NCBI RefSeq assembly: GCF_018350175.1
Contig: NC_058368.1
Span: 195,054,001-195,118,000 of the forward strand
From: Felis catus
Taxonomy: Eukaryota
DNA length: 64,000 nucleotides
Direction: 5' to 3'
The first letter of the stretch is position 1. The number at the start of each line of letters is the position of its first letter. Of this stretch, positions 23,101 through 35,812 are shown one piece after another. The position numbers were made by a program, and so were the translations under genes. The notes beneath the pieces were generated by a model that saw only the letters and a program-made list of their open reading frames with translations, did not search any database and was not told the origin of the DNA.

Positions 23101-25463
23101 AGATCACTTTTTGAAACTGAACCCCTAAGCCCTAGAGAGGTTAAGGGACCTGCTCAAAGTTGCCAGTTGCTCACTGACAGAGTTTGGAGAGGAATGAGCC
23201 GGTCTTAGCCGCCTTTGAAGTTCACTCAGTCTTAAAGCACATACGTGGTTGCCCAAGGCCTCATTTTGTAGATAAGGAATTAAGGACTTTCACAGATAAG
23301 AAAAAGAAAAAGCCCAGTAACTTACTGGAGGGAGGTCTCGGAGGCGTTGGGTGGAGCCAGGATTAAGCCCCTTATCTTTAGTCTCCCAGTCTCTCCTGGC
23401 CTGATCACTTGGGAAGTGCCAGACAAAAGTGGTCACACCGGCTTGGGAATAAACTGTGATGTCAGTTACATCCTGTAGATCCTGGTTGGGGTCATGTGGT
23501 GTTTACCAATTTCCTCCAGGGTGCCTAGTTAATGGCTCTGCTTCAAGAGTATACGCAGATGTGTCCCACAGATACCCTGTGTCTTAGCAGCCTAGCTTTG
23601 GGGAGCTGACAGGTAAGCAAGAAGTTCCCCGGGCCAAGCCACAAACATCTCAGGTGTCATTTCCCTAGGGTTTTGCCAAGTGCCTTGAGACAAATCCTCA
23701 GACAACACAAAGTATGGACAAAGAACCTGACAGAATCAGCCCTCCTACTGAGCAGATCTGCCTTTAGCAATGTTAAGAGGACAGCATTAATCCCCCTGGG
23801 ACTGGGATAGTGATGGTTTTTGTAGGGGGTGGCAGTGAAGGAAAGGCCAGCTTGAGAATCACTCTGTTCTGGCTTCGCTTCTGGGGGTTTTGACAAGCGA
23901 AAGACCCTCCAGAGCGGATGATCAGAATGAAGGCACCATACCACAAGAAGAGCAGCTGAAGGAAGGCGGTATTAGTTCAGGGGCCCGTGGTCAAAACTGA
24001 GAGGGGAAGAGCGTGTCACACGAGAGGATTCTCCAACAAAAACTTGGAATCTCAGAAGCCTCTGAAAAAATCTGTGCCCTCGCCTGTCAACCTCAGGCCT
24101 GAGGTGACCTCAGGCAAGTTGCTTTGCCTCTCTGTGCCTTGATTTCCTCATCTGTAAAATGGGAATAAAAACCGTGATCTCAGAGGACTATTGTTAGTAT
24201 TACCTGGGAAAATGCCAGGTAAAATATAAAATATGTAGCATAGCCACTGACATAGCTAGTCCCCAAGAAATGGTAGCTCTTGTGTAGACATCGGACAAAT
24301 AGGGTAGGACCTATAGGCAGGCAAGTGTTAACCCCACTTTAACAAGGACCACAGTGGTTGAGAGGTTAGGCTTGGAAGAGACATTTTCAGTCTAGGCCCT
24401 GCTACTCACTAGCTGTGTCATCCTGAGTGAGTGAACTTCTGAATGTCTGAACTTAAGCTCCCTCTTCTGTCAAGAAGGGATAATGAGGCCATCTCCTGGG
24501 AACATTGTGGTGATTAAACACAGTAATGCACACAGAGGGTTTCGAGCAATGCCCGACATGTAGTTTGCACTCAAATATTAGCGTTAGTAAACTCCTTATC
24601 GACATTGTGCTTAAAGACTGAACAGCCTGGATTTTCGAGAAAGAATTCCTTCCCTGGGAGGGGGCTGGACAATGTGACCCCACTGCTTTCCTGCCCTTCC
24701 AGTTCTGAGATTCAATTAAGGACTTGTACAGTTTACTAGACTTTTTTTCATTGCTTTCAAGGACCCGTCTTAGAGGTGATGTGGGGAGGCTCTGAGGGAC
24801 TGAGGCAACAGGGGGCCAGCCGGCCTTGGGCTTCTCTGTAAAGAATAGATATTCTGCCCATTAAGTAGATTTTTCTCCCACCCCCAAATCGACTTTTGCA
24901 ACTCCGACTAGAGGAGAAGAGCGCTGAATTGTAACATTTGCCACCCAGAAGCCGCCTTCTGGCTTCTGACCTCTGTACTGTGGAGGCTGAAAGGGGGCCT
25001 GCTCTCTGTAGTCAGCAGCAGAAAGCTGCCCGTGTTTGTTGACTTTAGGTTCTTGGGCAGCATAAACTTGTGCTTTTTTGCAAGGTGTCCCACTCCCAGA
25101 GCTCCTGCTGAGAGTCACGGTCATGGACTGGCAGCTGGCAGTGTGTTGGCTGCTCCACAGCTAAAATGGCCCTGAAGCCAGGAGGGCCTGGGTTCACATC
25201 CCAAGCCTCAGCACAGACTTACCACGTGACCATGGGCAGCTCAGTGAACCCCTGGGAACTGCAGGAGAAAAACAGGGTGACTAGCTCCTTTTCCAAGCTG
25301 AGCGAGGACTAACTCAAGATACCGTACAAAGCGCATTTGGCACATATGGGCACTCAATAAATAGATTTAGGTATTATCTTGGTCTTGTGAACCCTTTAAA
25401 GCTTTGATTGGGTATTGATAAATACCCAACCGATAAATCGATTGTCTGATGGTTATTCTAGAG

Positions 25464-26990
25464 CAGGGGTCAGCACACTTTTTCTTAAAGGGCCAGGTAA
25501 ATACTTAAAAATGCTTTAGGCTTGGGGCACCTGGGTGGTTCAGTCGGTTGAGCGTCTGACTTCGGCTCAGGTCATGGTCTTGGAGTCTGTGAGTTTGGGC
25601 CCCGCGTCGGGCTCTGTGCTAACAGCTCAGAGCCTGGAGCTTCCTTCAGATTCTGTATCTCTCTCTCTCTTTCCCCCTCCCCTGCTCATGTTCTGCCTCT
25701 CTCTGTCTCTAAAAAATAAATAAATGTTAAAACAAATTTTTTTAAATAAAAAAAAAAATGCCTTAGGCTTCATGAACCACGTGGTCCATTACAACTACTC
25801 AGCTCTGCCATTCCAATGTGAAAGTGCACCAACGAGCTTAGCTGTGTTTCAGTAAAACCTCATAAGACCCAGGTCACAGGCAGGCTGTAGTTTGCCAATT
25901 CACCTTCTAGAACAGCATCTCAAACTGTAATGTGGGTAGAAATAAACTGGGTGTCTTTTTAATTTTTATTTATTTTTATTTTTAAATTATTATTATTATT
26001 ATTTTTTAACGTTTATTTATTTTTGAGACAGAGAGAGACAGAGCATGAACGGGGGAGGGGCAGAGAGAGAGAGGAGACACAGAACCGGAAGCAGGCTCCA
26101 GGCTCTGGGCCATCAGCCCAGAGCCCGACGCGGGGCTCGAACTCACGCACCGTGAGATTGTGACCTGAGCTGAAGTCGGACGCTCAACCGACTGAGCCAC
26201 CCAGCCGCCCCTATTTATTTTTATTTTTAAAGTAAAACCCGACATGGGGTTCAAAACTCACCGCCCCGGGATCAAGAGTCGCATATTCCACCGACTGAGC
26301 CAGCCAGGTGCCCCCTGGATGTCTTGTTAAAATGAAGATTCTGATTCAGGAGGCCTGCGGTGGGACCTAAGATTTTGCATTTTTGCAAGCTCCCGGGTCA
26401 TGCTGATAGTGTCCTCTAACAAGCTGAAGGAATGAGTGGGGTTTAACTAGAAGAAAAGAAAAACTGACCATTTTCTTTAAGGCAGTTTTTGCAGATCTGG
26501 CCTCAATAAAATAGTTGAAAACCAAACTCCTAACTCTTGGTCTTAGTTTCCCGTGGACCCCATGATGATAAGCCAGACCCAAAGATGTTCTGAGACTTGG
26601 AAAGAGCTTGAAGAAGCCATTGGTCCAATTTTTTTTTTAATTTTTTTTTAACGTTTATTGATTTTTGAGACAGAGAGAGACAGAGCATGAACAGGGGAGG
26701 GTCAGAGAGAGAGAGACACAGAATCGGAAGCAGGCTCCAGGCTCTGAGCCGTCAGCACAGGGCCCGACACGGGGCTCGAACTCACGGACCGTGAGATCAT
26801 GACCTGAGCCGATGTCGGACGCTTAACCGACAGCCACCCAGGCGCCCCAGTCCAATTTTTTAAAATAAGCAGGCTCCAGGCTCTGAGCTGTCAGCACAGA
26901 GCCCAATGCAGGGCTCAAACCCACAAACCATGACATCATGACCTGAACTGAAGTCAGAGACTCAACAGACTGAGCCATCTAGGCACCGCC
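25464..26990. mobile_element. ATOX1 intron 1 repeats: MER58-like element with SINE 25523-25760 (+), SINEs ~25995-26212 (-), ~26215-26314 (-), 26628-26848 (-), ~26870-26990 (-), MER5-like pieces
   Basis: caggggtcagcacactttttcttaaagggccagg MER58 start; SINE consensus matches; TSD gtccaatttttt. Confidence 0.8.
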
Positions 26991-27454
26991 ATTAGTCTAA
27001 TTTTTTGCAGGGGTGTGGTCTTGCCTCCTGGTGTCCCCCCAGCGAGTTAAAAATGGAGGGGCCCAGGGCCCACCCCGAAGCCTCAATGCGGATTGAGGCA
27101 GCCACCTGCAGAGTCCCATGTCCTCAAGCCCCCAGGTGATTCCTGTGTGCACGGAGGTTGAGAAAACTTGAGTTGGCTAATACCTTTTTGGTATGGATAA
27201 GGTATTATATACCCCTGACTGGGGCCTTACGGCACAGGGATTTTTGCCTGGGGTCTTCCAGCAAGAAACATTGCTGTGTCCAGAATTCCAACTGAGATAA
27301 CAAATTTGAAATATTTTGAAGTGCTCTATGAAAAATGTAGCCATTTTTTTTGAAGTTAAAAAAAAAAGATTGGAACAAACTAAAAATAATAATCCAACAA
27401 CTAATTTTTCACCCGTGGAAACTACTGGTAGGCTCCAACCTCTTTACTTCACGT

Positions 27455-28150
27455 TTTAGTTATATGTTGCTCTTGAGTAATTATCTCAAAACCTTGGTAG
27501 TTCAAAACAATAAACGTTCATTAATTCATAGTTTCTGAGAGTCAGGAATCTGGGAGTAGCTCAGTGGGGTGTTCCTGGCTCAGGGTCTCTGGTGAAGCTG
27601 TAATGAAGATGTTGGCCCAGACTGTACTCATCTTAAGGAGCATCTGCTTCCACGATGGCTCCCTCACCTAGCTGTTGGCTGGAGACTTAGTTCCTCAACA
27701 TGAGCACCTCTCTATAGGGTTGCTTGAAGGTCTTTAAGATTTTGCAGCCAGAGGCACCTGGGTTAAGCATCGACTCTTGATTTTGGCTCAGGTCATGGTC
27801 TCACCGTAGTGAGATCGAATCCCGTGTCGGGCTCCGCACTGTGTGTGTAGCCTGCTTAGGATTCTCTCCTACTTTCTGTCTCTCTTCCCCTCCCCACACC
27901 CAAAATTAAAAAAAAAAAAAAAAAAAAAAAGATGTCGCAGCCAGCTTCCTCCAGAGTGAATGATCCCAGAGAGACAGCAAGGAAGTAGCCACAATGTCTT
28001 TTATGACCTAGTCTCGGAAGTCACATAACATCACTTCAACCATATTCTACTGGACACCCATCCCTGAGACATAGTGGAATGGGACTTCTCAAGGGCATAA
28101 ATACTCAGGACTTGGAGATCACTGGGGCCATCTTGGATGCTGGCCAGCAC
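27455..28150 (-). mobile_element. MLT1-type LTR with inserted Can-SINE (~27752-27930 +)
   Basis: gtcaggaatctgggagtagctcag...ggggccatcttggatgctgg; imperfect TSD aagat..tgcagcca around the SINE. Confidence 0.65.
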
Positions 28151-29204
28151 ACTTAAAATGTTTGTCCCATTCACTAACCTGGAGAGGGACTCTCATCCCC
28201 ATTTTGCAGATGTAGAAACCAAGGCAAGAGGAGTTCAGTAACTCAGTCACACAGCTTGTAAGTGCTAGACCTGGGAACTGAAGCTCATCTTATTTACAGA
28301 GATTTTAAAATAAAGGATGTATTGGTATAAGTAATCCTTGTCTGAAAGCAAAGGAAGGACCCAGAGACCGTCAACCAGCTGTGTCAATCATCCATTCACT
28401 CAACTCAAGCACCTACTCTGTGCCAGGCACTCACTGTTCAAGTATTGGATTGCGGCAATGAACTGAACAAAGCTTGCCTTCATGCACTTGGTTTGTCAGA
28501 TACCCTGGAGACTATAGGATGTTGAGCCTGTATGAAGAGTCCAGGAGTCTGGGTCCCCTTACTGGCCGGGCCTCCAACTCACTGGGAGCCCAGGCAAATC
28601 CCTTCCCTTCCCAGGACTCAGGGGCTGCCTCTGGCAGTGAGGCATGTGGATGACAACAGTGATCTCTGTGTATCCGAACACCAGGGAAGCTTATTAGCCA
28701 CAACAGACGCCCCAGCCCAGACTTGTTGATCAGAACTGGTGGTTTTTGGAAGTTCTCAAGGGATTCTAATGCAGAAGGTGATCTTCCGATGCGTAGATAA
28801 GATCACCAGATCAGCATTGCTCAGAGTGCGTGGGCCCACCCCATATCAGAGTTATCAGTGTCTTGAGACAACCCCATAACTCAAGAATCAAGATTTTGAA
28901 GGTAAGACTAGAAACCAACATTTGAAACTAGCTTCTCACGTGGTTCTACTCATCGTGTGCTAGACACTCCTAACGGATTTGTATGGATTACCTCATTTAA
29001 TACAACAACCTGTAAGATGGAGAAACCCTTCCTTCCTCCACTTTACAGTGTACTAGAAGGGCTCAGAACCAGGCCACTGGTGAGTCTGATGGCAGATCTT
29101 GCCCTCTCTGCCCTTTGTCTTCGTCTCTGGGTGGACCTGCGCACTGCTGGGGCATCTGGGTCGCTCTACACGACTTAGCTCATGGTCCCCTTTGTCTGTT
29201 TTAG

Positions 29205-29280
29205 AAACACGAGTTCTCTGTGGACATGACCTGTGAAGGCTGCTCCAATGCGGTCAGTCGGGTGCTCAACAAGCTGGGAG
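29205..29280 (+). CDS. ATOX1: ATOX1 exon 2 (KHEFSVDMTCEGCSNAVSRVLNKLG-G), MxCxxC copper-binding motif
   Basis: Acceptor tttgtctgttttag, 76-nt exon, donor GAG|gtgagt; translates to the HMA-domain motif MTCEGC. Confidence 0.98.
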
Positions 29281-29793
29281 GTGAGTGAGCGGCCCAGGGT
29301 TAGGAGCGAGGTGGGGGAGACCGAGGCACTTCTGTCATGCTCAAGTGCATGCAGAGGTGGGGCAGAAGCTTGAGTTGAAGCTGATAGCAACAGTAAAACT
29401 ACGATGTACTTAGCATGTGTCAAATATTCTGCTTAGTGGCTTCTGAGGATCAAGTCATCTACCTGTCACCACAACTGTTTCGGTAGCTTCTTGGACTATC
29501 TCCATTATAAGCAGGAGGAACTGAAGTTCAGAGAGGTTAAGCAATGTGGCTGAGATCACACAGTAAGTGGCAGAGCTGGGATTTGGCCCCACAATCTAGC
29601 TCAGAGTCCTGGCAGAACTAGTTAATACGTTGGTGATCTTCAGTGTGGTAACTTTTGATAAGATACATTTGAGTGTCATTTTCTATTAACGTTTTTAAAA
29701 TTGTAATATTAAAAAATAATAAACTTTGACTCAAGTCATGTGCAGAACTCCTAACACACCCCTTCTGGACGTATTTAGAAAGTGATTACTCTC

Positions 29794-32790
29794 GGGGCGC
29801 CTGGGTGGCTCAGTCAGTCAAGCGTCCGACTTTGGCTCAGGCCATGGTCTCACAGTCCGTGAGTTCAAGCCCCGCGTGGGGCTCAGCACTGACAGCTCAG
29901 AGCCTGGGGCCTGCTTTGGATTCTGTGTCTCCCTCGCTCTCTGCCCCTCCCCCACTCATGTTCTATCTCTGTCTCAAAATAAACAAATGTTAAAAAATAA
30001 ATAAAAAAGAAAACGATTATTCTCGTCCAGCCTCCTCAGTTCTCAGCTGGGGAAACTGAAGCCCAGAGAGGGCTGGGATCTGGCCCTGGGGCTCCATGAG
30101 GTAATTAGTTTTATTTTATTTCTTGATAAGATTTTCATTTTTACGACCTTAGATAATACCCGGTTTTCAGAGGGCTTCCACATGGATGTGCTCTCACTAG
30201 CACTTGGAACATTTCCTCTGAGCTGTCCTTTCCATCTGTGGAATGGGGATGTTGACACCCGTGCCCAAGAGGGGAAGTGACTTGCCCGAAGTGAGTCAAT
30301 GGCTGGTTTCGAGTCCCCTAAACTGGAACCTTAGCTTGAAAGCATCTGAAGCAGTCGGGAAAACGTGACTGCTGACTTTTCTTGTGTGACCGTGGCCTCT
30401 TCTCCCGGGGGCCTGAGTTTCCCCAGCTGTGGTATGGGCCTGTCAGCCTCTGTCAGCTTTCACCGTGGATATTTTAAGAACGAAACTGCTCAGAAGCCCC
30501 TCGGATACCAAGAGGCACACTCCGGATGAAGGGAGGGTGGGTCTATGTCACTCTTGACACCCAACCTGGAATCTGGGCTGCAGGGAAAACAGTTTGAAAC
30601 CCATTGGATTAGATGACCCCAGAGTTTCCTCCAGCTCTACGATGCCACCAAAATATTTATTCCAAAGAGGAGGGAGACACTTCTGAAATGAAAGACAAAA
30701 ATCCAGCGTGTAGCAAGGACACATTGCATTTTTTTTTTTTTCTCCCTTGGTATCCATTAGGTACAAATTCAGACATTATGATAAAATCCTGTGCCTGGGT
30801 GGCTCAGTCGGTTAAGCGTCTGACTTCAGCTCAGGTCATGATCTCACGGTTTGTGAGTTCAAGCCCCGCGTTAGGCTCTGTGCTGACAGCTCAGAGCCTG
30901 GAGCCTGCTTCAGATTCTGTGTCTCCCTCCCTGCCTGCCCCTCCCCCATTCATGCTCTATCTCTCTTTCTCTCAAAAATAAATAAACATAAAAATAAAAA
31001 AATCCTGTGTCATGGGCTTTTTAAGGCTCTTCAAGCATTTGGGGATCTCCCTTTGAACTGGGACAGGTTTCTCCCTGTCTTTCACTACTGTCCCCTCCTG
31101 GGTGGCCTCTTGAGGTGAGGTAGAAGGGTTTTCTGAGTTGGGGTCTTAGATGAACAGTTCTGGGCCTGAGGATTCACAAACTAATGGCATATGTGAACCG
31201 GAGAGACCATAGGGGCTGGCCACCCCCAATTCCTTCATGTACAGATGGGGAGACAGAGGTCTCTAATGGGCAGGACCCGCCTGTGGCCATCTAACAAGTC
31301 AATAATGAAGCCAGGCCTAGAACCTATCAGGGGCTTTCCCTCTGCATTCTGTCGTCTCAACAAAACACATTATAGGTACTCCCATGTACTGCTCTGGGGG
31401 CGAGGTGGGTGGCTTGAAATTGGCACCGTCCTTCTGGAGGGTGGTTTTACAATATCAACATTTAACACGTGCCAGTCTGTTGCCCCACAGTTTCCATCCT
31501 GTAAATTCATGGCATATAAATAGTTGGACAAGTTCTATAAGCTATGCTCAAGTGTGTTTACTGCAGCCATTGTGTGATAATAGTGCAAAATTGGAGGCAG
31601 CAATGTCAGTGTCCCTCAGCAGGGGACCGAGTGGGTGTATGGTACATCCACACTGGGGAATGCAGTGTAGCTGCTAAAAAATGATGTAAGTCTGTGTGTA
31701 CTAAGATGGGCAAGGTATCCCGGACATCGGAAAGTGAAATATAGCAAGACCTGTGTATACAGTATGATGCCCTTTGGGGGAATGATTTTTCATTTGTCTC
31801 TCTGCAAAAAAGACTGGGTAGATGCCGTGCTGTTTGTAGTGACTTCTGGAGGTAGGAGATAGTAGGGAGCCTTACGCTCTAGTTTTTTTCAGACACGTTT
31901 GCCTTTTTTAAATGGTGTATCTGTATTATTATTATTTTTTTTTTTTAGTTTATTTATTTGAGAGGGTGAGGAGGGGCAGAGAGAGAGGGTGAGAGAAAAT
32001 CCCAAGCAGGCTCCACCCTGCGAGTGCAGAGCCCAAAATGAGGCTTGATCTCACAAACTGTGAGATTATGACTTGAGCTGACATCAAGAGTTGGACACTT
32101 AGGGGCGCCTGGGTGGCTCAGTCGGTTGAGCGTCCGACTTCGGCTCAGGTCATGATCTTGCGTTTCGTGAGTTTCAGCCCCGCGTCGGGCTCTGTGCTGA
32201 CAGCATAGAGCCTGGAGCCGGCTTTGAATTCTGTGTCTCCCTCTCTCTCTGCTCCTCCCCCGCTCATGCTCTGTCTCTCTCTCTCTCTCTCCTTCAAAAA
32301 TAAATTAAAAAAACATTAAAAAGAAAAAAAACGAGTTGGACACTTAACCGACTGAGCCACCCAGGCATACCTGTATTTTACTTTTGAAATTAAAAAGAAG
32401 AAAAAAAACTTGAAAGAAGCCCAATCTAGAGTAGGGATTGGCAAACTACAGCCCATGGGCCAAATCTGGCCAACAGTCTGTTTTTGTACAGCTGAAAATG
32501 GTTTTTGCATTTTTTTAAAGTTTATTTATTTTTTTCTGAGAGAGAGAGAATCCCAGGTAGGCTCCGTGCTGTCAGTGCAGAGCCTGACGCAGAGCTCGAC
32601 CTCACGAACTGTGAGAACATGACCTGAGCTGAAACCTAGAGTTAGATGCTTAACCAACTGAGTCACCCAAGTGCCCTGGTTTTTTACATTTTTAAAGGAC
32701 TGTAAAAGCAATACACACAGAGAAGAATATGCAGCTGAGTCCACGTGGCCCAAAATGCATAACACATGTCCTCTGGCCCTAAGATTTTGC
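29794..32790. mobile_element. ATOX1 intron 2 repeats: SINEs 29794-30010 (+), ~30790-31000 (+), ~31935-32370 (-) containing 32102-32330 (+), MER58-like ~32430-32790 containing SINE ~32515-32677 (-)
   Basis: SINE consensus matches; TSD gagttggacactta at 32088-32101 and 32333-32346. Confidence 0.8.
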
Positions 32791-32917
32791 TGGCACCTGG
32801 TGTGGAGGAAAGGGGAAGGCGGTTGTGAATAAGAATTTTGTAGCCTGGACTCTTTCTTGCTCTGACTAGGATGATCTCTGCTTCCTCCCCACACCCCCCG
32901 ACTTCCTCTTCCTGCAG

Positions 32918-33042
32918 GAGTTGAGTTTGACATTGACCTACCCAACAAGAAGGTTTGCATCAACTCTGAGCACAGCGTGGACCTTCTGCTGGAGACGCTG
33001 GGAAAAACAGGAAAAGCTGTTTCCTACCTCGGCCCCAAGTAA
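32918..33042 (+). CDS. ATOX1: ATOX1 exon 3 coding part (G-VEFDIDLPNKKVCINSEHSVDLLLETLGKTGKAVSYLGPK*)
   Basis: Acceptor cttcctcttcctgcag; phase 1 matches exon 2; TAA at 33040-33042; total CDS 207 nt = 68 aa. The exon continues as UTR to a donor at 33086|33087. Confidence 0.98.
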
Positions 33043-33792
33043 TGAGGGCCTGGACCCCTGGGCCCAAGATGGACCAACGGGGGCAGGTGGGTGAGGCCCC
33101 TTGTACAAAATATTTCATTATCTAATGCAAATCCTAAGTTCAGGAATCCTCAGAGCCTTCCTAGAGCACACAGAACACTGTGTTAGATGTCTCCCAGGGT
33201 CCCTTTTATGACTTGGGGAGTGCATCTCATGATCAGCGGGGTTTAAGTATAGAGCGTATGACCCTGAGCAATGCTTTGATAAACTGTCCCATCCGAGAGG
33301 ATGCCTGTGCCCTGGGTCTCATGCTCCTGTGCACTGACCAGGTAAGTTAATTCAACTTGGTCTCTCTTCCCACTCGGAACGGCTGTCAGCTTCCTGACCG
33401 TGCCCTCTGCCCAGATGAGTACAAAAATAATCCTCGTGTCCAAGCTGGATGCCCCCTTTAATTTTACACAATGCAGAGAGGCACATAAGGTGCCCTGTGC
33501 CAGAACCGTTCACCGTGGAACCAGATAGACGTGATTTGTGGAGCCAACACTCCTTCCCTCTGTGCCCAGCCACAGCTTCAGAATCCTCCACAGCACGGCC
33601 CTCCCTAGCTGTCACTGCCCAGGTAGTGCCTTTGGTGTTTCAGTTCCAGTGATTGCCACGTCCCTGATGTGGATCAGTGCTCTCAGTGCCGTTGAGAAAC
33701 ACGAGGCTGGAGAGGGAAAGTGACGTGATCCCAGCCACACACAGGCGAGCGGCAGAGGCAGGATGAAAGGCATCCCAAATCAGAAAAGAAGT

Positions 33793-34370
33793 TATTTTTT
33801 ATTTGAGGGAGAGAGAGCGCGTGTGCGCACACAGGGCTGGGGGCAGAGAGAGGTTGAGAATCTTAAGCAGGCTCCACCTTTCAGCACAGAGCCCAGTGAT
33901 GCGGGGCTCGAATTCACAAACTGTGAGATCATGACCTGAGCTGAAACCAAGAGTCAGATGCTCAGTGGGCCTGAGCCACCCGGGCACCGCTGAAGTGTAC
34001 CACTTAGTGGCATCCACTGTGTTCAGGATGTTGTGCAACTCTCTGGTTTCAAAGCTTTATCACCCCAGAAAAACGCCCCAAACCCGTTAAGTAGTCACTC
34101 AACACGCCCCCCTCTCCCACCCCCTGGGAACCACTAATCGGCCTTCTGCCTCTGTGAATTTGCCTATTCTGGATGTATCATTTAAGAGAAGCCATACGAA
34201 GGGTGGTTTCTGGGTGGCTCAGTCAGTTGGGTGTTTGACTCTTGGTTTCGGCCCCAGGTCATGATCTCACGGTTCGAGAGTTGGAGCCCAGCATCAGGCT
34301 CTGTGCTGACAGTGCAGAGTCTACATGGGATTTTCTCTTTCCTTTCTCTGCCCCTCCTGTGTGTGCTCTC

Positions 34371-34405
<35 letters not shown>

Positions 34406-35353
34406 ATAGGGGCGCCTGGGTGGCGCAGTTGGTTAAGTGTCCGACTTCAGCCAGGTCACGATCTCGCGGTCCGTGAGTTCAAGCCCTGTGTCAGGCTCTG
34501 GGCTGATGGCTCGGAGCCTGGAGCCTGTTTCCGATTCTGTGTCTCCCTCTCTCTCTGCCCCTCCCCCGTTCATGCTGTCTCTCTCTGTCCCAAAAATAAA
34601 TAAAAAAACGTTGAAAAAAAAATTAAAAAAAAAATAAATAAATAAAGGGGGGGGGAACCATACGATTTCCATTAGTGTAATATTTTCAGGATTCATCCGA
34701 GCCCTAGCATGTATCAGTACTTTATCTGTGGCTGAATAATTCTCATAGTTTTTAATTAACTTATTTATCTTTGCTTTTTATTATGCAAATTTTAAATGTA
34801 CGCGTAGGAAAATGAATCCCTATCTACCATCACCCAGATCCAATTATAAGTCCTTGCCATCATTGTCTCAGCTATGCTCCACCAACCGTACCCCCCCCTC
34901 CAACCCCCCCCCCCCGCCATTTTAAAGCAAATTCTGGATAGCAGCTAATTTTATCTGGGCCTGTGTGAGCAAACACGTGTAGTGTGGAAAGACTCAGATG
35001 CACAGATTCTCGGTGAGAATCACCTATCAGGTGAACTTTACCCCACACATCCCTGCAGCATCTGCCTCAGTCTGTTTTAAGAGGTTCTCCAGTGACGGAT
35101 TTGAAGCCAGGTTTGGGAATCAGAGAGAGCATTTCTTAAACAATTTTTTATGTTTATTTATTTTTGAGAAAGAGAGAGAGAGAGTGTGTGAGCCAGGTGG
35201 GGGCAGAGAGAGAGGGAGACACCGAATCCGAAGCAGGCTCCAGGCTCCAAGCTGTCAGCACAGAGCCCGACGTGAGGCTTGAACCCACAAACTGTGAGAT
35301 CATGACCTGAGCTGAAGTCGGAGGCTCAACCGACTGAGCCACCCAGGCGCCCC
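33793..35353. mobile_element. ATOX1 intron 3 repeats: SINEs ~33793-33987 (-), ~34200-34408 (+) with young SINE 34409-34640 in its tail, ~35140-35353 (-), within old L1 3' fragments
   Basis: SINE consensus matches, (TAAA)n tail, ccatacga duplication. Confidence 0.8.
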
Positions 35354-35675
35354 AGCATTTCTTGGTTACAAAGTCACCTCGACTATCTGTTCCTTGGCAG
35401 ATTTGTTTGCTTGTGATTTTGTTCGCTGCCTTCCCAACGTGAATTAAAACAGGACAGGGAGTTCCATCCCAGCAGCCCTGGAAGTTTCCCAGAAAGGCCT
35501 CGGTGGTGATTGGCTGAGCTAGGTTAATGGGTTCCAGCCAACCCAGAATAACAGACTTAGTTGGCGGGGTGTGCACCCCCACAGCTGCCTCTTAGTGAAC
35601 CTCTACTGCTTTGCAATGCCTCCATGTGCACAGCAGATGGCACTCTTGCCCCACCTAATTTCTCCTCTCTTCCAG

Positions 35676-35812
35676 GTCACTGATCCTCTCCTGCCTTCCA
35701 GACAGACCTGGGGCCTGGCAGTCCTACTCGGCAATGGGGGTTCCCACAGAGACCCTCACTTGCTCTGCTCCTCCTTACCTTCCCTGCAATAAAATCGAGC
35801 CACTTTGGTTGG
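35676..35812 (+). other. ATOX1: ATOX1 exon 4 (3'UTR only)
   Basis: Branch-like acctaat (35653-35659), pyrimidine tract and ccag acceptor. The sequence (tgatcctc...ttccagacagacctggg...ttccctgcaataaaatc) resembles the mammalian ATOX1 3'UTR as I recall it; 3' end approximate. Confidence 0.88.
35788..35793 (+). terminator. ATOX1: ATOX1 polyadenylation signal AATAAA
   Basis: AATAAA in exon 4, followed ~25 nt later by a GT/T-rich element (gtgttgtctctt). Confidence 0.88.

Noticed and set aside
29175..29423. Minus-strand ORFs overlapping ATOX1 exons 2 and 3 (also 32526-32963)
   Set aside because: Antisense shadows of real exons and SINE sequence, with no independent gene signals.
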